Assembly (NCBI GenBank): GCA_944389495.1 | Contig: CALXMN010000003.1 | Coordinates: 10,862 to 74,861 of the forward strand | From: an uncultured Alphaproteobacteria bacterium | GTDB lineage: Bacteria; Pseudomonadota; Alphaproteobacteria; Rs-D84 | DNA: 64,000 nucleotides | Direction: 5' to 3' | Shown here: one piece after another, positions 58,933 through 64,000 of the stretch | Numbering within the stretch: the stretch's first letter is position 1 | Layout: each line of letters opens with the position of its first letter | Position numbers and translations under genes: made by a program | The notes under the pieces: generated by a model | Database searches by the model: none | Told to the model about the DNA's origin: nothing | Seen by the model: only the letters and a program-made list of their open reading frames with translations

Positions 58933-60159
58933 TTACACCCGTACACCAATATATTTATCATCTATAATAGATGTCAATTTTACATTGCATATTGTGCGTG
59001 CCGGAATTTTTGCACCATCAATTTTTACATCCATATCGTGCGGTGTACGCGCGATATTATTTTCTTCAACCAGAACAGAAACGACATCCCCAATATGTGC
59101 CGCCATAAATTGCGCGCGCGCATCATTTGCAATATCAGATATTTCGTGCACACGTTTTTTTGCAATCGGGCGACTTACTTGGTTTTGCATATCAAATGCC
59201 ACCGTTCCGGGTCGTGCAGAAAAAGGAAATGCGTGAATTCGTATTGGATGCGTTTCGTGTGCCAGTTCTATTGTTTCATCAAACAATTCATCGGTTTCGC
59301 CCGGAAATCCACAAATTATATCCCATCCAAATGTTATATTGTTGCCCGCATATTGAACAATACGTCGTACCGTATCGGCCGTGTGTCGCCGTCCCATTGC
59401 GTCCAGTATCGTGTTTGACCCCGATTGCATAGATAAATGTAAATGTGGCATCATTCGCGCATCACTGTGAATCAAATCAATAATTTTGAATATTTCGGGC
59501 GATGCCGGATCCAATGAAGATATTCGTAATCGTTGTATTTCCGGTACGTCCCGCAACAAAGATTTGCATACGTCTGAAATCAGCATTCCATCACGTGCAT
59601 AACTGGCTGTGTCCACCCCCGTAAGAACAATTTCATAAAAACCGTTTCGTGTTGCCGCGTGTGCATCGTTCAAAATGTCTGCATATGCGAATGAAATTGC
59701 CGGTCCACGTAACAGGCGTGTTACACAATATGTGCATTGATGATTACATCCATTTTGCACCTGGATAAACTGTTTGGACATACGTGGTGCGTGGTGATTA
59801 AACTTTATAATTTGTGGATTGGTCAAATTGCACGGTGCGTTGGCCAATGCGTCTATATATGCCGTCGGTCGCATTTTATCACAATTTGGTACAACGATTG
59901 CATTTGGAATTTGATAAAATAAATCAGAATTACGTGTTGCGGCGCATCCGGTAACAAAAACAGGTGCATCCGGATTTTCCCGACTAAGTTTTCGCACAAT
60001 CTGTCCGGATTGACGTTCGGCCTCGGCCGTGACGGCACAGGTGTTTACCAAAATCGCAGCGTTCACCAGCGGGGCCAGATTTTTCCGAATTTTTTCCACC
60101 TCAAGCGCGTTTAATCGACATCCCAAAGACAAAGTTTTTATATTATTTGTTTCAGACAT
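58933..60159 (-). CDS. mtaB: MiaB/RimO-family radical-SAM tRNA methylthiotransferase (MtaB-like)
   Basis: MTTase N-terminal domain. Radical SAM CNHQCTYCV. TRAM-like C-terminus. Confidence 0.75.
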   Translation of the reverse strand: MSETNNIKTLSLGCRLNALEVEKIRKNLAPLVNAAILVNTCAVTAEAERQSGQIVRKLSRENPDAPVFVTGCAATRNSDLFYQIPNAIVVPNCDKMRPTAYIDALANAPCNLTNPQIIKFNHHAPRMSKQFIQVQNGCNHQCTYCVTRLLRGPAISFAYADILNDAHAATRNGFYEIVLTGVDTASYARDGMLISDVCKSLLRDVPEIQRLRISSLDPASPEIFKIIDLIHSDARMMPHLHLSMQSGSNTILDAMGRRHTADTVRRIVQYAGNNITFGWDIICGFPGETDELFDETIELAHETHPIRIHAFPFSARPGTVAFDMQNQVSRPIAKKRVHEISDIANDARAQFMAAHIGDVVSVLVEENNIARTPHDMDVKIDGAKIPARTICNVKLTSIIDDKYIGVRV

Positions 60160-60475
60160 AATTATATTCCTGGCCTGGATTATAGCGCACACATTGCCCG
60201 TTTCAATAAAAGATTCCCGATAATAAAAACTTGTTAACGAAACACATTTGTGTTAACCTGTGCAACGACGTGGGGAATTCCCGCGTTGGGGCATCTAAAC
60301 CTCTATGCTGTGTGTCCGTGGGGACATAAAATACCCTCCAACTCTTTTGGTTGGGGGACGGTGAATATATTGAATAAACCGTGCTATCTCACAGTATATA
60401 GTTTAGAACCTCCAACCACCTGATTTTTATCTGGTGGTTTTTTCGTTAACAAAATCGAAAAAAGGGTTCTAAAAA

Positions 60476-61237
60476 ATGAAGAAATCACTAATGTTCATCG
60501 TGGTGTGTGGACTGACAGGGCGGGCACTTGCCGGGTCTTTAAGTTGCACATCTACATATAATTCTTTACCATCGGGCTATTCTGCCGGCGGATCTGGCAC
60601 GTCGCCCAGTCATTGTTTAAGTTCTTATACTGGTTACCAATGTAACAGCAGTACACGCCAATGCGACACGGTGCAAAATTGTACCTCGTGTACATCGGGA
60701 TATTACCCCAGCCAGATTACCGTCCCCAGCAGTGGTGTTTGTTCTACTGTTACGTTTTCTTCGTGTTGTACCCAGTGCTATGATTGCACCAGCGATACCG
60801 ATTACCAATATTACAGTCCCGGCTATCTGCGCAAAGCAAATCGTTGGTGTAATTGTGGTGTTTGTGAAACATCGTACGTCTATAAGTGCGCCGACGGATA
60901 CTATGGCAACCCCGGCGATCAGCCAACCGGATGCGAACCGTGCAAAGAATGCGAAAACTGTGAATCAGACACCGAATGGAAACCCCAACAAATAGAAGGA
61001 TGGGTTGTTAAAGTAACCAGAACTTGTGAATGTGATGGCAGCTGTGTGATAGATAAAATTAGCAATGCGTGTGCTGCAGGGTATTATATGTCGTCTGGTT
61101 GCACCCGATGTCCGGGCGACGGTGATTCGGCCGTGGCCAGCTGGAATATAACAGACTGTTTTATTCCGGGGGGACAAACTCTTTCAGATGAAACTGGATC
61201 TTACGAGTATATATCGGACTGCTATTACAGTTTTTAA
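60476..61237 (+). CDS. Large Cys-rich secreted protein (253 aa). Hypothetical.
   Basis: Signal peptide. Many CxxC / GYY repeats. The C-terminal ETGSYEYISDCYYSF is related to the family B TEY..GTYEF..C motif. Confidence 0.5.
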   Translation: MKKSLMFIVVCGLTGRALAGSLSCTSTYNSLPSGYSAGGSGTSPSHCLSSYTGYQCNSSTRQCDTVQNCTSCTSGYYPSQITVPSSGVCSTVTFSSCCTQCYDCTSDTDYQYYSPGYLRKANRWCNCGVCETSYVYKCADGYYGNPGDQPTGCEPCKECENCESDTEWKPQQIEGWVVKVTRTCECDGSCVIDKISNACAAGYYMSSGCTRCPGDGDSAVASWNITDCFIPGGQTLSDETGSYEYISDCYYSF

Positions 61238-61239
61238 AC

Positions 61240-61262
61240 AAAATCCCCATTTTGGGGATTTT
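61240..61262 (+). terminator. Intrinsic terminator after the Cys-rich gene
   Basis: aaaatccccattttggggatttt. Confidence 0.5.
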
Positions 61263-61349
61263 AAATATATTGTAAAAATTACTTGATTTTTTATCGGCCT
61301 TGGGGCATCATATCGTGGCTAGAAACGTTTCAACAAAGGATTTTATAAA

Positions 61350-61724
61350 ATGGCCCGTATAACAAATTCAGATACTTTACCGTATGTAGAAAGTCGTTAT
61401 GAATTGGGGATGTTGGCGTCCCAGCGTGTTCGCGACTTGAATGGTGGTGCCGAACCGGTTGTCGACAAAGAAGATGATAAATTAACGGTTGTTGCACTGC
61501 GTGAAATAGCCACGGGCAAGTTGGATATTGAAAACCTGCGTCACGAATTTATTCAATCGTATAAGGAAAGTCCTGTTGCGGTTGATAGTGATGAGTCATT
61601 GGAAATCGCCTCGGCCGAGGATCCAAAACTGCGCGAAATAGACGCTGAATTGGAAAATGTTTTGGTTGAAGAACCTGTTGAGCCGTCTGAAACCGAAGAA
61701 ACGGCGGATATATCCGCAGAATAA
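61350..61724 (+). CDS. rpoZ: DNA-directed RNA polymerase subunit omega
   Basis: MARITNSDTLPYVESRYELGMLASQRVRDLNGGAEP... with an acidic C-terminal tail. Confidence 0.85.
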   Translation: MARITNSDTLPYVESRYELGMLASQRVRDLNGGAEPVVDKEDDKLTVVALREIATGKLDIENLRHEFIQSYKESPVAVDSDESLEIASAEDPKLREIDAELENVLVEEPVEPSETEETADISAE

Positions 61725-61731
61725 AAAATCC

Positions 61732-61822
61732 GGAGACGTCGCATAGTTGGTCTAGTGCGCTACATTGGAAATGTAGTATACGGGCAACCGTATCAAGGGT
61801 TCGAATCCCTTCGTCTCCGCCA
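61732..61822 (+). tRNA. tRNA-Ser (anticodon GGA)
   Basis: GGAGACG acceptor, anticodon loop TTGGAAA, long variable arm, T-loop TTCGAAT, 3' GCCA. Confidence 0.8.
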
Positions 61823-61825
61823 GGA

Positions 61826-61860
61826 ATAATAAAATGCCCCGTGGGGGCATTTTATTATTC
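61826..61860 (+). terminator. Intrinsic terminator after tRNA-Ser
   Basis: aataataaaatgccccgtgggggcattttattatt. Confidence 0.5.
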
Positions 61861-61991
61861 CCAGTGAAACGAAACGGTGCGAACACATCGCAATCGCAGA
61901 TTGCCGGTTCGACAACAAGTAGATTTGCCAAACGTCAGTGCGGGCAAATCGTTACGGTTGCCCCGCAGCCGGCACACTTGTGCCGTGCAAG

Positions 61992-62012
61992 GAAATCCCT
62001 TCGTCTCCGCCA
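61992..62012 (+). repeat. Direct repeat of the tRNA-Ser 3' end (AATCCCTTCGTCTCCGCCA), about 170 bp downstream of the tRNA
   Basis: Exact 19-bp copy of 61804-61822. Followed by another terminator hairpin at 62020-62050. Confidence 0.55.
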
Positions 62013-62237
62013 CAATAAAAAAAACACGCCCATCGGGCGCGTTTTTTATAAATGCACAATGTCGATGTCGGGAAATTACGATGCGATATATTCCGCGGCC
62101 AACCTACGGTGGCATTGCAGTGTGGATTTTTCAGCGCATAACAGGCAAATGCGGTCAATATCGACCGGGTTCGGTCCGTAGTATCAAATCCAGCAATACA
62201 GAATTTTTCTTTCATACACGTTATGTTAGGAATAATT

Positions 62238-62636
62238 CTATATTTGCTGGCTTGCACGTATGGCGGTATGTTTTCCATTCCCCACCAGTTCATAACTTTT
62301 ATCAATCAATGCAAAAATTTGTGATGGTTTTACTGTGCCGTCCAGTAAAATTGAAATCCAATTACCGCCCATATGGTATCCATGTAAAAATCCCGATGCG
62401 CCACGTAAAAAATCGTACAGGCCCGCGTCACATTTTACATTCAAAATATCAACGGATTCCACGCCGCTTAAACCCAATTTGCTGCGTGACACGTCCATCA
62501 CAACCCCATACCATTTGTTATTATCACTGCGGCGCAATACGGCATAGTTTGGATGCCGGCGCCATAAATATTCAGGCATTGTGCCATATTGTTTTTTGGC
62601 ATATTTAAAAATATCACTGCGGTATGATTCAGACAT
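62238..62636 (-). CDS. MmcQ/YjbR-family protein
   Basis: MSESYRSDIFKYAKKQYGTMPEYLWRRHPNYAVLRRSDNNKWYGVVMDV... matches the YjbR family. Confidence 0.55.
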   Translation of the reverse strand: MSESYRSDIFKYAKKQYGTMPEYLWRRHPNYAVLRRSDNNKWYGVVMDVSRSKLGLSGVESVDILNVKCDAGLYDFLRGASGFLHGYHMGGNWISILLDGTVKPSQIFALIDKSYELVGNGKHTAIRASQQI

Positions 62637-62733
62637 TTTTATCCAGATAATTTGTTTGTATAAATTATAGTCACAAATCGCGCAAAAGTAAATATTGATT
62701 GTTGATTCTGTTGGCGATATATTAATTATCGCT

Positions 62734-63213
62734 ATGGAAACCAAAACAAATGTTATGCGAATTTTAACGGCGCATCACGTGCCGTATACCTCATACTCAT
62801 ATATTGGAACGGGCGCGTTAAATGGTGTTGATGTTGCCCGTGTGCTGAATCAGAATCCGGCCCAGGTATTTAAAACCTTGGTAACGGTTGCGCGTTCTGG
62901 CAATCACTATGTTTTTATGATACCTGTATGTGCTGAATTGGACTTAAAGCGTGCGGCGGCATCGGTTGGCGAAAAATCGATTGAGATGTTAAAGATGCGC
63001 GATTTATTGGGATTAACGGGCTATGTTCACGGCGGCTGCAGTCCAATTGGTATGAAGAAACAGTTTAAAACGGTTGCCGACATATCTGCACGTAATTTTG
63101 ATACAATAATTTTCAGCGCCGGCCGCATCGGATACCAGGTCCAGGTTGCCCCCACAGATATAGAGAAAATTATTCCTTTATCTTTTTCGGACGTTTGTGT
63201 ATCGCGGAATTAA
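62734..63213 (+). CDS. ybaK: Cys-tRNA(Pro)/Cys-tRNA(Cys) deacylase YbaK
   Basis: YVHGGCSPIGMKK motif. Confidence 0.8.
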   Translation: METKTNVMRILTAHHVPYTSYSYIGTGALNGVDVARVLNQNPAQVFKTLVTVARSGNHYVFMIPVCAELDLKRAAASVGEKSIEMLKMRDLLGLTGYVHGGCSPIGMKKQFKTVADISARNFDTIIFSAGRIGYQVQVAPTDIEKIIPLSFSDVCVSRN

Positions 63214-64000
63214 AGAACCTTAATATATCACGTTGAACCTGGGCATAATTTGTTTCCATTAACAATTCGTGTCGTGCCCCCGGATAGATTATCAGTGTCA
63301 GATTTTTCATATTTTCTGATTTATACATACGATATAAAGATGTTGCCAATCGGCCATTCATCCCAACCAAGTCGCATTCGCCACTGATAATCAACAGTGG
63401 TATTTCCGGATTTGTGTATCCGGTCAGTTTAATAAGATTTTTAAACAACGAATAATAAAAGCCATATGAAAAGTACTTGGCGCGCATCGGATCCGCATCG
63501 TGCATTGCGGCCTGTTTTTTATCGCGGGTCAGTTTGCTGGGGCCGCCTGTTTTATTCCTGATTGGTGAAAAATATTCGATAAAGCGTGCAGGTGCATCTG
63601 GGCCAAACAATTTTTGCCCGATAAAGGCCACCGCTTTTGCGATCATCAAAAATCCCATTGGATATTTTGCCGAGCCAGACAAACAAACGCCCGCGGCGAT
63701 TAAGTCGGGTTCTTCCATTACGCGCTGTGTAATAAAACTGCCATAACTGTGGCCGAATATTAATACAGGTAATTTATATTTTTTCTTAAGGTATTTTGTT
63801 ATCGCCAATTCATCTGATACTGTGGACGCGAACAGATCTGGATCACCATCGGGCTGTCCGATTTTTTCGATGCTTGCGGCGGTGCGCCCGTGCGCGCGAT
63901 GATCATCGCCAAACACGATATATCCATTTTGATTAAGAAATTGTGCAAATCGATTATAACGTCCGACGTGTTCATCCATTCCGTGAATAATTTGAACGAC
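63170..64000 (-). CDS. Alpha/beta hydrolase (lysophospholipase / monoacylglycerol lipase-like). The N-terminus lies beyond the window.
   Basis: GHSYGS nucleophile elbow. The frame stays open to the window edge (...VVQIIHGMDEHVGRYN). Confidence 0.6.
   Translation of the reverse strand, partial: VVQIIHGMDEHVGRYNRFAQFLNQNGYIVFGDDHRAHGRTAASIEKIGQPDGDPDLFASTVSDELAITKYLKKKYKLPVLIFGHSYGSFITQRVMEEPDLIAAGVCLSGSAKYPMGFLMIAKAVAFIGQKLFGPDAPARFIEYFSPIRNKTGGPSKLTRDKKQAAMHDADPMRAKYFSYGFYYSLFKNLIKLTGYTNPEIPLLIISGECDLVGMNGRLATSLYRMYKSENMKNLTLIIYPGARHELLMETNYAQVQRDILRFFNSAIHKRPKKIKE

Overview
This reads as a low-to-moderate-GC alphaproteobacterial chromosome segment, probably host-associated. The backbone is housekeeping genes: rnc' (3' partial)-secG, groES-groEL, HIT/DUF167, LOG, tilS-ftsH, prmC, M23 peptidases, tdk, htpX, truncated alaS, hupB, lemA, rpsD, trpS, xerD-like, bamD, murJ, rlpA, dcd-like, era-queA-tgt, lysS, cspA, RNase J, smpB-tatD-holB-dacC, a MiaB-family gene, rpoZ and ybaK. 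Three tRNAs are present: Arg-ACG, Gly-GCC and Ser-GGA. Interspersed with these is an unrecognised, apparently expanding system with five dispersed copies of a tightly linked two-gene cassette. Each cassette has a ~145-aa signal-peptide Cys-rich protein (family A, motif VTKCVKL...KYCWCKMVSPAVS.WV...FRSALFS.L.D). It is followed 6-16 bp later by a ~92-aa signal-peptide Cys-rich protein (family B, motif AAPSTSCPSGY...GSCPSGYTS...CIMYAPANTEYTD..GTYEF..ACPLE). Four of the five copies share a conserved upstream architecture: a palindromic operator-like motif with compensatory variation, then a structured leader ending in a terminator-like hairpin, then the RBS. Promoter-less 3' fragments of both A and B look like silent cassettes. 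Two A copies carry a single in-frame TAA. Two cassettes sit inside a ~1.3-kb segmental duplication with mosaic divergence. MITE-like elements with 13-bp terminal inverted repeats (TTGTCATTGCGAG) flank cassettes and the B fragments. Three further large Cys-rich secreted proteins share a TEYxD..G.YE[FY]..C motif with family B. Two of them are each preceded by a ~110-bp GCCGAA palindromic element and followed by glycosyltransferase genes. All evidence is manual reading of the sequence and the supplied ORF track. No database search was run, and all coordinates of non-ORF features are approximate (about ±5 bp).
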